From: Dictyostelium discoideum
Lineage: Eukaryota
Length of the DNA: 64,000 nucleotides
Direction: 5' to 3'
NCBI GenBank assembly: GCA_000004695.1
Contig: CM000155.2
Coordinates: 2,944,001-3,008,000 of the forward strand
The number at the start of each line of letters is the position of its first letter. Within the stretch, counting starts at the first letter, position 1. Below are positions 24,920 through 40,589 of this stretch, one piece after another. The position numbers and the translations under genes were made by a program. Below the pieces are notes generated by a model. That model was not told where the DNA came from. It searched no databases and saw nothing but the letters and a program-made list of their open reading frames with translations.

Positions 24920-26687
24920 TTATTTAATATCTAATGTTAATAACCAATCTTTACAATCTTGTTCGGTTTTAGATGGATTTTCTAATTGCCATTCTAAAAT
25001 TAATTGTATGACAGGAGCCAACCAAGTACCTGGTTTTCTATTTAATAAATCTTGGACTTGTTTACCATTTAATAATCTTTTTATATTCCAAATACCAATT
25101 AAATCATGTTCTTTGATTTCACCTACAAATTTGTGGAAAATAGTGTATTTTTCATTTTCAGGTTTGTCGTATCTACTAAAAAGTGTTTGAAGTTTGTTGG
25201 GTCTATATTGTATTTTAATAAATGAAATAATTATTACAACGATCCAAAGTTGAGCAGATTTATGAATGATTAAACCAATTTCTTTACGATTGAATATACC
25301 AGCTGATACAAATTTAATTATATGTTCCATAAGTTGTTCTGAACATTCCAATATTAATGATACATCATCATAATCTTTATTTGAAAATTTAATATACTCT
25401 ATGAACATGTAATGAATGATCGACATTTCTTTATTCTTTTTATTTGCATTCTTAAATTTGATACCATAAAATGGTATCATTAAAGCAGAGAGAATCAATT
25501 GTCTCTTTGTATCAATCTCTTCATATTGTTTGCCCATCCCAATCCAAGAGTCTGCAATTTCACAATATTTTTCCGAATCTTTATTGGAATTCTTTAATTG
25601 TTCAATATAGGTTTCATCTAAACCAACAGTTGGTAAACTAAATAAACAATCAAATAAACCAAACTTATTGATTAATTCAATCGATAAATATGGTTCCTCT
25701 GCTGATAACATTCCATCAAATTCTTTTGCAATTCTTTCATGGGAAATCTTTGATTTAATTGCATCCTTTACAACTGGATCACTACCTGCTTTAAATAATT
25801 CTTCATCAATCTTAAAATTTAATCTACTTGCGAACCTAATCGATCTAAATACTCTTAGAGGATCATCTAAAAATGTTGTCAATGATGGTAATGGTGTTCT
25901 AATTATGCCATCCCTTAAATCATTAATACCTTGTCCTGTAAAATCTTCAATTCTATTCTCATTAATATTAAAAAATAATGAATTAATTGTTAAATCTCTT
26001 CTTAATGCATCTTGAAGTGGTGTACCAATTGACTTTTTTTTTTTTTTTTTAAATTAAAAAAAAATTAGTAAACTCTATTTTTTTTTTTTTTTAAAATTTA
26101 AATACTAATAATAATAAACTTACGATTACAGGTATTCTTGAAGTATCAGTATAACTTTCAGAACGTAAATTTACAAAATCAATCCACATATCAAATACTT
26201 TTACAGTCGCAGTTTCTAAATGTTTTGATTGTTCAGGATTTGATTGAATTACACCAATACGATGAGTTTGGTGATGTTTACTTGAGAGATGCTTATTTAC
26301 TAATTCTGCAAATGCTTCACCCATCATATTATCTAAGGTGATATCGATATCATTTGAATCATCGCCTCTTAATTTATCACGTACCCAACCACCTGCAACG
26401 CGTAGTGTTGTGCCACAACCACTATCTCGAATTACATGCATTAACTCTTTAAATAATTGGATTTCGCATTCTGTTAATCTAATATCCACCGATTCTGATT
26501 CTCTTTCATTTGAATAGTAAATTGAAACTTTAATATTTTCATGTGGTTGGTCTTTTTTTAAACTTGTTGGAGTTGATGTTTGCATTGGTGATAATTTCTC
26601 TTTTTCATTATTTGTTTGTTTATGAAAATATAATCTATCATAACCATCTTGACTTTTCTCTATCTTTGAAATTGGACGAGTATACAT
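24920..26687 (-). CDS. CCA-adding tRNA nucleotidyltransferase; 2 exons 26687..26124 and 26032..24920
   Basis: Exon 1 carries GCGTTLRVAGGWVRDKLRGDDSNDIDITLD (polymerase-beta-type nucleotidyltransferase head). Exon 2 carries GTPLQDALRRDLTINSLFFN...DDPLRVFRSIRFASRL. Donor is GTAAGT at 26123 and the acceptor is AG at 26034-26033. Total 558 aa. Confidence 0.85.
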
Positions 26688-27362
26688 CCTTTATTTAATT
26701 CTTCTTCTTTTTATTTCTATTTTTTTTTTTTTTTTTTATATAAATAAAATTTTTCATGAATAATAAAAAAAAAACTTTTTTTTTTTTTGAGATATTTTTT
26801 TTTTTTTTTTTTTTTTAAAAAAAAAATTTCTGGTATTTTTAATTGATTTTTTACTATTCCTTGTTTTTTTATCTAAATTTTAGTTACCAAAAATAATAGA
26901 AATAATAATTAAAATTTCCCAATGGATTTGAATCTAAAAAATTAAAAATGAAAAAAAAAAAAAATAATAAAAAAAATAAAAAATAAAACAAAATTTTTTA
27001 AATAGAATTTTTAAAGAAAAATAAAATAATTTTTTAAAAAAAAAAAAAAAAAAAACTATAATTCCAAAACAGAATTAGATGAACATGCTAGAATAATTAT
27101 TTTTATTTTTTATACTTGGATAATTTTTAATCCAACGAGAGCTAATAAATAAAATCCAAATCATTTTTAATTTATTTATATATTTGTTATTATTTTTTTT
27201 TTTTTTTCAATTTTTTTTTTTTTTTTTCACCATCGCTCAAATTTAAAATTTATTATTTATTATTTATTATTTTTTTATTATAGATTTAGTACATTAAATT
27301 CACAAGATAAATTATTAAGATATAATAGAGAATCAGATTATATTGCAAAACAATGTCAAGAA

Positions 27363-28025
27363 TTAATTAAAGCAACCTTTGTTCAAACCATTACCAACAC
27401 CTTTGAATTGTAAGAATAAACCTGGAATCATTTCTTCTTCTGATTTTTGATTATCATCTGCTTCACCATTTTTTCTATCTGCTTCTTTTTCAGCTTTTCT
27501 CTTTTTATCAACCTTCTTTGACCTCAAAAAAATTAATATGACGCCCGCAGGAAAAGTCAAAATTTTGACTTTTTCCCAAGACAAAACAATAAACAAAATA
27601 ATTAAGGAATTTGCAACAGAGTGCTTTAACGTTATAATTTGAAAAAAAAAAAAAAAATAAAAAATAAAAAAAAAAAAAAAATGAAAAAAGCTTTTTTTTA
27701 TTTTCATTTCTCAAAATAAGGTTTATTTAGACTAAATTATTATTACTATTTAAATTAAAATAAATTCGTGAAGTAGCTATTTTTATAAATTTATTTATTA
27801 GGTTTTTTTTTTTTTTAACAATTTAAAATAAAGTATTGTCTAGTTGAACTTTCTAGTTGAACTTTCAGAAAGTTCTTTTTGTTCCTTTTCCAACTTTCTA
27901 CGATGATTTTCTTAACTAATCTTAATTTTTCTTTGTTGATTTTATTCACTGCCTTTCTCTTTTGGTTTGTTGATATTGGTTACAGGAGCTACAAATAATT
28001 TTACCCTTTACGGGTGAACGATTCT
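27363..28025 (-). CDS. Speculative two-exon micro-gene for a 61-aa Lys/Glu-rich protein (exon 1 ~28025..27998 MRESFTRKG, exon 2 ~27521..27363)
   Basis: The 3' ORF ends ...KKRKAEKEADRKNGEADDNQKSEEEMIPGLFLQFKGVGNGLNKGCFN, stop. The upstream ATGCGAGAATCGTTCACCCGTAAAGG|GTAAAA and the acceptor TTTTTTGAG|G splice in frame. The purine-rich minus strand at 27840-28060 fits a 5' UTR. No homolog recognised. Confidence 0.3.
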
Positions 28026-28338
28026 CGCATTTAATACAATCTCCCTGAAAATAATAAATATTGGATATCTTTCAAATCAACTTCCAAAAAAATAAAAAAA
28101 TATAAAAACAAAAAAAAAAAAGAAAAATGATTTAAATTTACCTCTAAAAAAAGTTTTTTTTTGAATTTTTTATTTAATTTTTATTTTTTTTTTTTAATTT
28201 TCAATTTTTTTTTTTTTTATTTTTTTTTTATTTTATTTTTTTCTATAATCCAAATTATCACTTCCTATTTATATTATTTTTATAATATATTCATTGATAC
28301 ATATTTTTTAATTTTTTTTTTTTTTCTTTTACTTTTAA

Positions 28339-28386
<48 letters not shown>

Positions 28387-28529
28387 GAAAAAAAAAAACA
28401 TTAATAAAACTTAATAACAATAAATAGTTTACAGATATTTTAAATATTATATATATACATATATGCAAAATTTTTAAATTGTATCAATATTTTGATAAAT
28501 ACAAATAAAAGTTTTATAGAAGATTAGAA

Positions 28530-31733
<3,204 letters not shown>

Positions 31734-31895
31734 AAAAATAAAAAATAAAAAAATAAATAATTTATCAAAAAAAAAAAAAAAAAAAAAAATCAAGCGAAAT
31801 CAAAACACCACATTTTGTTTTTACCAAAAAAAAAAAAAAATCTATCGAGATTAATCACCATTTTCATTTAAATTTCAAAAATATCTTATTTTTTG

Positions 31896-31933
<38 letters not shown>

Positions 31934-32000
31934 AAATAATAAAAAAATAATTAAAAAAAAATTGAAAATAAAAAAAAAAGCAGCAAACAACCATTTGCTT

Positions 32001-32033
<33 letters not shown>

Positions 32034-32273
32034 CGATTACCCAACATTACCATATAAAAATAAATTTTTATTTTTCATATATTCATATATTTTAAAAAAA
32101 TAAATTAAAAAATAATAAAAATAATAAAAATAAAAAAAAAAAAGTTAAAAATAAAAAAATAAAAATAAAAAAATAAAATTAATTTAAAATAAAAAAAAAA
32201 ACAATAAATCAGCAAAAACCACCCACTCAAAATCAATCCCCACCATCAAGGTTTATTTTCAAATTTTTTTTTA

Positions 32274-32310
<37 letters not shown>

Positions 32311-32340
32311 AAATTTTTTTTTTTTTTTTCTTTTCTCCAA

Positions 32341-33487
32341 ATGTCAAATAACAGTAATAATAACATCAAAACATATTATATAATTGGAATAATAACTTTA
32401 ATATTTATAGTGTCAGCAGTTATAAAGAATCAATTATCGTCATCAAATCAAGAACAACAAGAAGAAGAAGAAGAAACAGATAGCATGGGAAAATCAAAAG
32501 GAAGAGGTAATAAAAAAGGAAAGAAACCAGAAAAGATACAGGAGAAAAAATTAGATAATCATTTAAAAAATCTTGAAAAGGTAAAATTACAAGAAGATTT
32601 TAAACTTCAACAAGATGAAAAACAACAACTAAAAAAAGAAGAAACAATACTTGTGGAAAAACAAGAAATAGTTGTGGATGAGTTGAAAAATAAAAAGGAT
32701 GAAGAAAAACAACAACAACAACAAGAAGAAGATCAACAACAACAACAACAACAACAACAAGAGGAAGAAGAAGAAGAAGAGGAACAACAGGAAATAGAAG
32801 AGGATGAAGAAGAAGAAGAAGGACAAGAGCAGGAGGAAGAAGAAGAACAACAGGAAATAGAAGAGGGTGAAGAGGAACAACAAGAAGAAGAGCAAGAAGA
32901 AGAGCAATTTAGTATGTTTGGTGTTTCAATTGAAAGATTAATGGATTTCCAACGTCAAGAGGACGAAAATGAGGGAAGTGATGAAGTTGAGGAATCTTCA
33001 AAAGTTCCAATAGTTTTAAGTTTCATGTTAGATAGAATAAAAAATTTAAATGGTAAATTATAAAAATATTAATAACAAAAATAATAATAATTGCAATAAT
33101 AATAATAATAATAATAATAATAACTCTTTTAACATATATTTTTTTTATTTACATTTATTTTTAAAGGATTTAAAACAGAAGGATTATTTAGAGTTAATGG
33201 TAATTTAAAATTAGTTGAACAGTTAGCAACGGAAGGATTTGACCCATTCAGTGATGATTTAGATCCAAATGTTAATACATGGGCATCATTATTAAAGAAA
33301 TGGATAAGAGATTTACCAGAACCATTAATACCACATGAATTAAATCCAATAATTTTAGATTTTTGTACAAATAATAATATTAATAATACCTGTAATAATA
33401 ATAATGATAATAATAATAATAATAATTTTAATGTTTGTGCTAGTACTAATAATTTAGGAAATGTTTTAAATCTTAGTACTAACATAT

Positions 33488-33551
<64 letters not shown>

Positions 33552-34017
33552 TAACAATAATAATAATAATGAAAGTATTGAAAAGAAAATAACAAATATT
33601 ATAAATATGATTAAATCAGATGATCATAGAAATGTATTATATAAAATTGGTGAGTTTTTTGGAGAGATGTTACAAGAAGAAACAGTTTTAATCACAAAAA
33701 TTAATGTTGAAAGTTTATCAAAGATATTAACACCATCACTATTTAAACCAAATAATATTATTGATGATTTTTCAAACGGTTCTTTAAATGGTAGTGGTAA
33801 TCAAATACCGAAATATCTTACAACTTTAGATTTACCTTCAATACTCTTAAAACAAAAAAAAGAAATTGCTTTTGTTTCTTGTTTATTAAATTATTTTAAA
33901 GATGAATATTCAAAAAAATTACAAGAACAAAATGATCAAGAAGAAGATAATCAAGAGGAAGAAAAAGATAATCAAGAAGAAGATGAGGATGAAGAAGATA
34001 AAGACCAGGAAGAATAA
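32341..34017 (+). CDS. RhoGAP domain protein with an N-terminal TM segment and a Glu/Gln-rich region; 2 exons 32341..33052 and 33167..34017
   Basis: ATG at 32341 (MSNNSNNNIKTYYIIGIITLIFIVSAVI). Exon 2 begins GFKTEGLFRVNGNLKLVEQL...LLKKWIRDLPEPLIP, which is the RhoGAP arginine-finger region. Donor is G|GTAAAT and the acceptor is TTAAAG. Confidence 0.8.
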
Positions 34018-34117
34018 TTGGTAAAATAAAAATAAATACAAAAAACAAAAAATAGAATTCTATAAATAAAAAAAAAAAAAAACAAGGTTTATATATATAT
34101 TAAATAATGTTTTCTTT

Positions 34118-34150
<33 letters not shown>

Positions 34151-34199
34151 AATTTATTTACAATTTTTTTTGTTTTCTTTTCTTTTTTTTTTATTATTA

Positions 34200-35726
34200 T
34201 TAAGAAGTTGCAGTTGTTAAAATTAATGGTATTGATTTCTTTTTTGATCTTTTTTTTTCACTTTCAGATGAATGTGATGATGATGATCTTCTTTTTGAAT
34301 CAGATTTTTGTAATTCTTCTTGTCTTTTTCTTTCTTTTAAGATTTTATATGCTTCTAAATTTGCAAAAGGTTTCTTTGATTCTGGATCAATATATTTTGC
34401 AGGTAGTCCAGTAATTACACATAATTCAATGTTTTTCTTTATTTCATTTTCACTATTTTCAGTCCTATTTGTATCACCTTTATCTTTTTGTTCAACTATT
34501 GGTTCTTGTGTTGATGTTGTTGTAGGATTTGTTTCTGTTGTTACTGTTGCAGTTGTGGTAGGATTTGTTGTTGCAGTTGTTGCTGCTGTAGTAGTAGTAG
34601 TAGTAGTTGAAGTTATATCTACAATTGGTGGTGGATCCAATGATTTTCTTGATGCTCTTACTTTTTTCTTTTTTTCATTACCACTACTAGTAATATTATT
34701 TATTTGTGGTTGATTTGTTAAACAATAAGGTAATATTGAATCAGTGAATGTAATAGTTGTTTGTTCAGGTGTAGATCTATAAATAATTCTTGGACCTGTT
34801 AAGATTGCTTTTTTTGGATGGAAAACCTTTTTTTTATCCTCTTCTTGTTGTAATAGATGATTTAATGATTCAGTGTTATAAATTTCAGTTTCTTTGCATT
34901 CCTCTAAAAGTTCCTCTTGTGTTAAGCCATAGGTACTAATGGTATCCAATTTACTTAAACCTTCACCATCAATTGATGGTGTTGATGGTGTTGATGAAAT
35001 TTCATCATTTTTATCACTTTTACTATTTTTACCACCTTTTCTTGTTGTTGTTGTTTCTGTTGTTTTTATTGATTCTGAATTTCTTGTTGATCTTCTTGAT
35101 CTAGTAGTTGCTGTTGTTGTTGTTGTTGTCGTTGAAGTTGATTCATCTTCTTCATCATCATCATCAACTTTTAGTTTTTTATTTTTTGTTAAAGTTTGTG
35201 GTTGTGATTTTTGTAATTGTTCAATTGCAGAAGATCTTTGTGAGCTTCTTCTAGTTGAAGGTGAGGTTGGTTCTGAATTTGGTGTTTTTGGTGGTGATGG
35301 TTCTTTTCTTTTCCTTTTATTCGGTGTATTATCATTTGTTGTTGTTGTTGAAGTATTATTATCTAAATGTTTCTCTAACTCTGTTTCCATAGTTGATTTA
35401 CTATCAGTATCAGATGATGACTTTTTTCTCCTTGATGATATAGATTTTTTTGATTTTGGGTCTTTATATGATTTAGATGATTTCTTTTTTGTGGATTTGG
35501 TTTCAGTTTCATCATCACCTCCACCTTCTTCTTCCTCTTCATCTGATGCTGCATCTGAATCGACTATATCCTCTTCTTCTTCCTCCTCATCACTATTTAC
35601 AATATAATCTGGATCTTCTTTTTCATTATCACTCTCTTTTAATAATTGTTGCCATAATTCTTCATCTGCTGTTGATAACTCTGTTGTTCTCTTACCTCTA
35701 GTTGATCTTGATGGTAATATTGTCAT
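34200..35726 (-). CDS. YL1/Vps72 homolog (SWR1/SRCAP-complex subunit), 508 aa
   Basis: N-terminal MTILPSRSTRGKRTT, central LTQEELLEECKETEIYNTESLNHLLQQEEDKKKVFHPKKAILTGPRIIYRS (YL1 ERPLTQEELLREAKITEELNLRSL...PIITYHS), and YL1_C-like CVITGLPAKYIDPESKKPFANLEAYKILKE. Confidence 0.8.
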   Translation of the reverse strand: MTILPSRSTRGKRTTELSTADEELWQQLLKESDNEKEDPDYIVNSDEEEEEEDIVDSDAASDEEEEEGGGDDETETKSTKKKSSKSYKDPKSKKSISSRRKKSSSDTDSKSTMETELEKHLDNNTSTTTTNDNTPNKRKRKEPSPPKTPNSEPTSPSTRRSSQRSSAIEQLQKSQPQTLTKNKKLKVDDDDEEDESTSTTTTTTTATTRSRRSTRNSESIKTTETTTTRKGGKNSKSDKNDEISSTPSTPSIDGEGLSKLDTISTYGLTQEELLEECKETEIYNTESLNHLLQQEEDKKKVFHPKKAILTGPRIIYRSTPEQTTITFTDSILPYCLTNQPQINNITSSGNEKKKKVRASRKSLDPPPIVDITSTTTTTTTAATTATTNPTTTATVTTETNPTTTSTQEPIVEQKDKGDTNRTENSENEIKKNIELCVITGLPAKYIDPESKKPFANLEAYKILKERKRQEELQKSDSKRRSSSSHSSESEKKRSKKKSIPLILTTATS

Positions 35727-35745
35727 TACATAAATTTATTAAAAA

Positions 35746-35781
<36 letters not shown>

Positions 35782-36011
35782 TAAATAGTTATTGAGGGGG
35801 TGTGTGAACTGGTTAAATGAATTAATAAAAAATAAAAATTAAAAATAATGAATTTTTTTTTTTTTTTTTCAAAACAAAAAATAAAAAATAAAATTTATTA
35901 TTGACAAAACACTCAAATTTAGAAAAAAAAAAACATTTTCATTTTTTTATTTTATTTTATTTTTTTTTAAAAATCTATTTTAAAATTTATTCCCGCTTAT
36001 TTTTCTCCAAA

Positions 36012-36052
<41 letters not shown>

Positions 36053-36191
36053 ATGTGAATAGTTATACAAAAAAAAAACATCACAAAACACCCAAATTTG
36101 GAAATAGTAATATATATAAGTTTTAGTTTTTTTTTTTTTTTTTACTAAGATTAAAATAAAACTTCATCACAAACATATTACAACTTAAATA

Positions 36192-36473
36192 ATGAAAGAA
36201 AGAACTTCTGTTGAGTGCCCACATTTAGATCTTTCTGTTGAAGAAGCTGAGGAAAATAGTAGTAAATACCTGTGGCTATTAACAGATCCAGATGAATTTC
36301 CAATGTTTAAACCCAGTGTATGTACGGCCGACTGTAAAGAAAAAATGGTAAAAATAATTGACATTATCCTTTTTAAACATTATAAATTCTCAAGAGATTA
36401 CTTTGAAGATTGCAAAATGGTTTTTGGTCAAGGAGCAGATGGTATGAGCCTCGGTGAATATATCATGTATTGA
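36192..36473 (+). CDS. Hypothetical Cys-containing protein (93 aa as annotated); the frame appears broken at its 3' end
   Basis: MKERTSVECPHLDLSVEEAEENSSKYLWLLTDPDEFPMFKPSVCTADCKEK... A coding-like open frame (CIEENDFNERTELLTNLQYINGKIVRLCDVLLF) continues in the +1 frame right after the stop. Confidence 0.4.
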   Translation: MKERTSVECPHLDLSVEEAEENSSKYLWLLTDPDEFPMFKPSVCTADCKEKMVKIIDIILFKHYKFSRDYFEDCKMVFGQGADGMSLGEYIMY

Positions 36474-36584
36474 AGAAAATGATTTTAATGAAAGAACTGA
36501 ATTATTAACAAATCTTCAGTATATAAATGGAAAAATTGTTAGATTATGTGATGTTTTGTTATTTTGATTTTAATATTTTCATTT

Positions 36585-37198
36585 TTAAAGTATTTTGATC
36601 GTTTGCAGAGAATCAATAAAATCTATTAATAGATTTGATAATTCATAATTTGACCGATCTATTGATATAACAACTATATCATTTAATAATTTTGAATTTA
36701 ATAATGATGATGATTGATTTGATTTGGTTTGAATTTTTAATAAATATTGACTATTTTGATCGGATGATATTATGTTTTTGAGTGTAACCTTTTTCAGATG
36801 CAATACAAAGACAATTATAAAGATAATTGATTGTATTATCATTTAGATTTGCAATAAAATAATTGATAAATAATTCAAGGTAATAACTTGATGATAAACT
36901 ATATAAACAATATTCTTTTGTAAAAATTGAAAAATAATCAGGATTATTAAAAAACTCCTGGTAATTTATCAAAAAGACAAATAATATCATCAACTCTATC
37001 TAAATTGTAATGAAAAACTGATAATATTCTAATTGTAATTGTAAAATTGAATGATTCTGTTTCACCAATAATAAAAAATCCAACATCTTCACTTTTTTTA
37101 GGTGATAAAAGATTTGTTGCGGTTGCCAATATAGTGGTGAGTTCAGTATATTTCCAACTTTGATTTTGATCATTAAATAATAAAGATTCATGTACCAA
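36585..37198 (-). pseudogene. Gene disrupted by two single-nucleotide homopolymer frameshifts (or sequencing errors); three consecutive overlapping ORFs in different frames
   Basis: The frame shifts at GGAGTTTTTTAATAATCC (T6 run, ~36948) and at CTCAAAAACAT (A5 run, ~36835). Removing one base from each run gives one continuous ~200-aa reading ...[24 protein letters not shown]...[22 protein letters not shown]... No intron signals are present. Confidence 0.5.
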
Positions 37199-37804
37199 GA
37201 TATGTTATAAATAATTTAAACTATAATAGTTATCGTCCTAATAAACGTATATTTAATAAAAGTATAGTTTAACAAATCATTAGGAAGTAAGTTCTCTTTT
37301 AAATAAATTAATTTTTTCAAAAATAAATAAATAAAAAATAAATGATTTTTACTAATTTTTTTTTTTTTTTTATATTATACCATGTTTTGTTGGATCTGTT
37401 GCAGTAGATAGATCATTAAAAATATTATTTGATTCCACATGTGAAACTCATGCAATAGTGAGATTGAAATTGCAGGAGCATTAAAAAGAACTCATTGGGT
37501 TTATTTATTTATTTTTAGTTTTATTTTTATTTTTCTCAATAAAATTAGTATTCGTTGTTTGGTGGTTTTGGGAATAAAAAAAAAATAAAAAAAATAAAAA
37601 TAAAATATTAAAAACACCCTTTTTTTATTTTTTATTTATTTTTTTTTTTTTTAATTTAAATTTTTTTTACCCTCATTAAAAATAAAAAAAAAAAAAAAAA
37701 TTTGCATGTTTGGTTTTTTTTTTTTTTTGAAACCACTTGAATAAAAATCTTAACATAATAAAAATATATAGTGTTTTGATAGAAAAAAATCAAAAAACCA
37801 TACT

Positions 37805-39837
37805 ATGGAGACGGTATCATTAGTACCGTTGGAAGGTCTTGATGATTTAAGTGCACAATCAGCAGCAATCAAAAAGATTGAACAAAATTTCTCAAATATA
37901 GATAGTTTAGCATCAGTAACAAATCATAAAATATCATTAATTCAACAAAAGAAAACAATAGAAGCTCAAATTAAAAATGAAGTACATGTATGTACTAATT
38001 TAAATAAACAATTAATTAATTTTTATTTATTAATTTTAATTTTATTATAATTTATTACATATGACTAGTCAGAATTAGAAAAATCAAAAAAAGGTTTAGA
38101 AACATTATATAAATCATATAATAGAATTAATAGAATGGATGAATCATTTTCAGATACAGTTGAATTATGTAGTGAAACATCGAATTTGATTGGACATTAT
38201 CAATTAATTAAAAAAGTGAATACGGTTAGAGTGAATTTAATTAATATTTTAAAAGAAGTTGATAGATTATTAACAATACCAGAGAAAGCAGCAGAGATTG
38301 AGCAATTGTTAAGCGATGATTTAAATCTCTTAGAGATTCATAGTAAACTTAGAGAATTGGAAAGATTACATCAAAAAGCATTGAAACAATTTGAATCCAA
38401 TTTCGAAGAATTAGAAGCTATCAAAGAGATGTTTTCATCAGTACCTGAATTAAGTCACAGATTTGAAAATAAAATTTGGAATATCGTTAGTAATTCAATC
38501 GATATCGCTCAAATCAAACCTGCAGTATTAGTAAAAGTTGCTCAAATTATTGAACGTGAAAAATTACATGAACAAAAACAAAAAGAAAAGAAATCTCAAA
38601 ATTCTTTAATTTCAAGTGAAGGTATACATGATGATGATGATGATGATGATGATACTGAGGTTAATTTAAATAATTCAAATAAACAACAAAATAATGAAAA
38701 TGAAAATAGTAGTAGTAATAATAATAATAATTATGATATTAATAATGAAGATGAGGGATATGATAGAAATCGTAGTAATTATGGTGATAGATTTTTAGAA
38801 GTTTTAATTCAATCGATTTCAGGTAAATTTGAACCAATGTTTTTAAATTCACATAATGATTTAGTTCAAACATTAAAAGATGTAAATAAAATGGTTGATG
38901 AGTTGTTTATAGTTATGGATATTGTCCAAGAGTGTTACCCACCTTCATATGATTTATTCAATTTTTATGTTGATCAATATCATACTAAATTTTATTCATT
39001 ATTTGGTAGTTTTTCAAATTTAATGGAATCATCACATGTGAATAATAATTATCAAGTGGTTGTAACAAAGAATATACCATCTGCACATATTTTAATGTTG
39101 GTTGAATGGGTTGTAAAGAATTATAGTAGAGATTTGTCACGTTTGGGTATTCAGGATATTTCACCACCATTATTGGATTCATTAGATCCGTTAATTAAAA
39201 TTTATAAAATGCATATCAAACAATTGATGAGAGAATGGTGTGATAATATCATAAATAATGATAACCAAAATAAACCAGAGGTTGTGGATGGCCAATATTG
39301 CTCATTGGCACCCATTCAATTATTCGAGTCGGTCGCATCACAATTGGATATTGCTGCCGCTACAAAGTGCCAGAAATTGGTGGTGGGTGTGATGGAGGAG
39401 GTTGTGTCGGCTTTAATGTATTTCCAAGTCCAATCAATCACTTTATTACAAGAACGTAATCATGAGATTAAATTGGAGAATGTGATAGCCTATGTAAATA
39501 ATAACAGTAAATGCTATGACCATACCCAAACGATCGTTGATAAAGTTTCAAATATTTTAGATTCTGAACATATGGGTTATTTAGATTTCGATCCTGTACT
39601 AGAGGGTTTTTTAAATGTTTCAAAAGTTGCAACTCAAGCAATCTCTTCTGTGATCTTTCGTGATCTTGATGAATGTATTCATAAATTTTATACAGTTGAA
39701 TGGTATCAAGAGGATTTAATGCAACCAATCATTAATACATTTGAAGATTATGTTACAAATGATATTCAAAAATATATTTTAGAAAATTATTTAAAAAGAT
39801 TAGCTTTATTATTATTAGATACATTAATTGAACAGTA

Positions 39838-39871
<34 letters not shown>

Positions 39872-40324
39872 AATAATAAATAATAAATACTAATTAGTGC
39901 ATTTTAAAATTAAAATTTTAGATTATTAGCTCAATTAATTGGTGGTAAAAATAAATTTAATGAAAATACTTATAAAATATTAAGTAATGATTGTGATAAA
40001 TTATTAGATTTCTTTAAAAAATATCTTAGATTATCAGTTGTAACAGCAAAAGTTCAAATTTTGGAAGATTTTAAACAAATGATTACTTCTTCAATTGATA
40101 TGGTACCAGTTTATTTCCGTTCTGTAATTAATTTCCATAAAGATATAAATGAAAGAGTGGTTGAATTAGTACTCTATCAAAGAACTGATATTAGTAAATC
40201 TGAAATCACTGAAGTTTTAGGCCAAATTAAAACAATCGTTGAAACTGTTCATACTGATCCCACCAATCCTCCAACTGGTATATTCTCTCGTATGAATATT
40301 TACCAACGTGGTTGGTTTAGTTAA
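37805..40324 (+). CDS. exoc3: Exocyst complex component Sec6/EXOC3; 3 exons 37805..~37987, 38069..39834, 39922..40324 (783 aa)
   Basis: [30 protein letters not shown] matches EXOC3 [46 protein letters not shown] matches LMVQCFPPHYEIF. Donors are GTATGT and CA|GTAAGT, and acceptors are CTAG and TTTTAG. Summed exons are 2352 nt and in frame. Confidence 0.85.
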
Positions 40325-40390
40325 AATAAATAAAATAAAATAAAATAAATAAATATAATAAAATAAATATAATAAAATAAATAAAATAAG

Positions 40391-40452
<62 letters not shown>
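40391..40452. repeat. (AAAT)n tetranucleotide microsatellite
   Basis: ~15 tandem AAAT/TAAA units in the 3' flank of exoc3. Confidence 0.9.
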
Positions 40453-40454
<2 letters not shown>

Positions 40455-40589
40455 AACGTTATTATTTTTTTTATTTTTTTTTTCTTAAATTTTTATAACT
40501 GAATTTTTTTTTTTTTTTTTTTTTGTCAATCAAAATATGAATATTTTTTTTTTTAATTTTATTTTTGATTTTATTTTTTTTTTTAAAAA

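Noticed and set aside
37921-38050. Exact single-nucleotide coordinates of the exoc3 exon-1 donor
   Set aside because: My reading of the A/T runs here disagreed by 1 nt with the ORF-track frame. I kept the track-consistent coordinate (exon ends ~37987) and flag +/-1.
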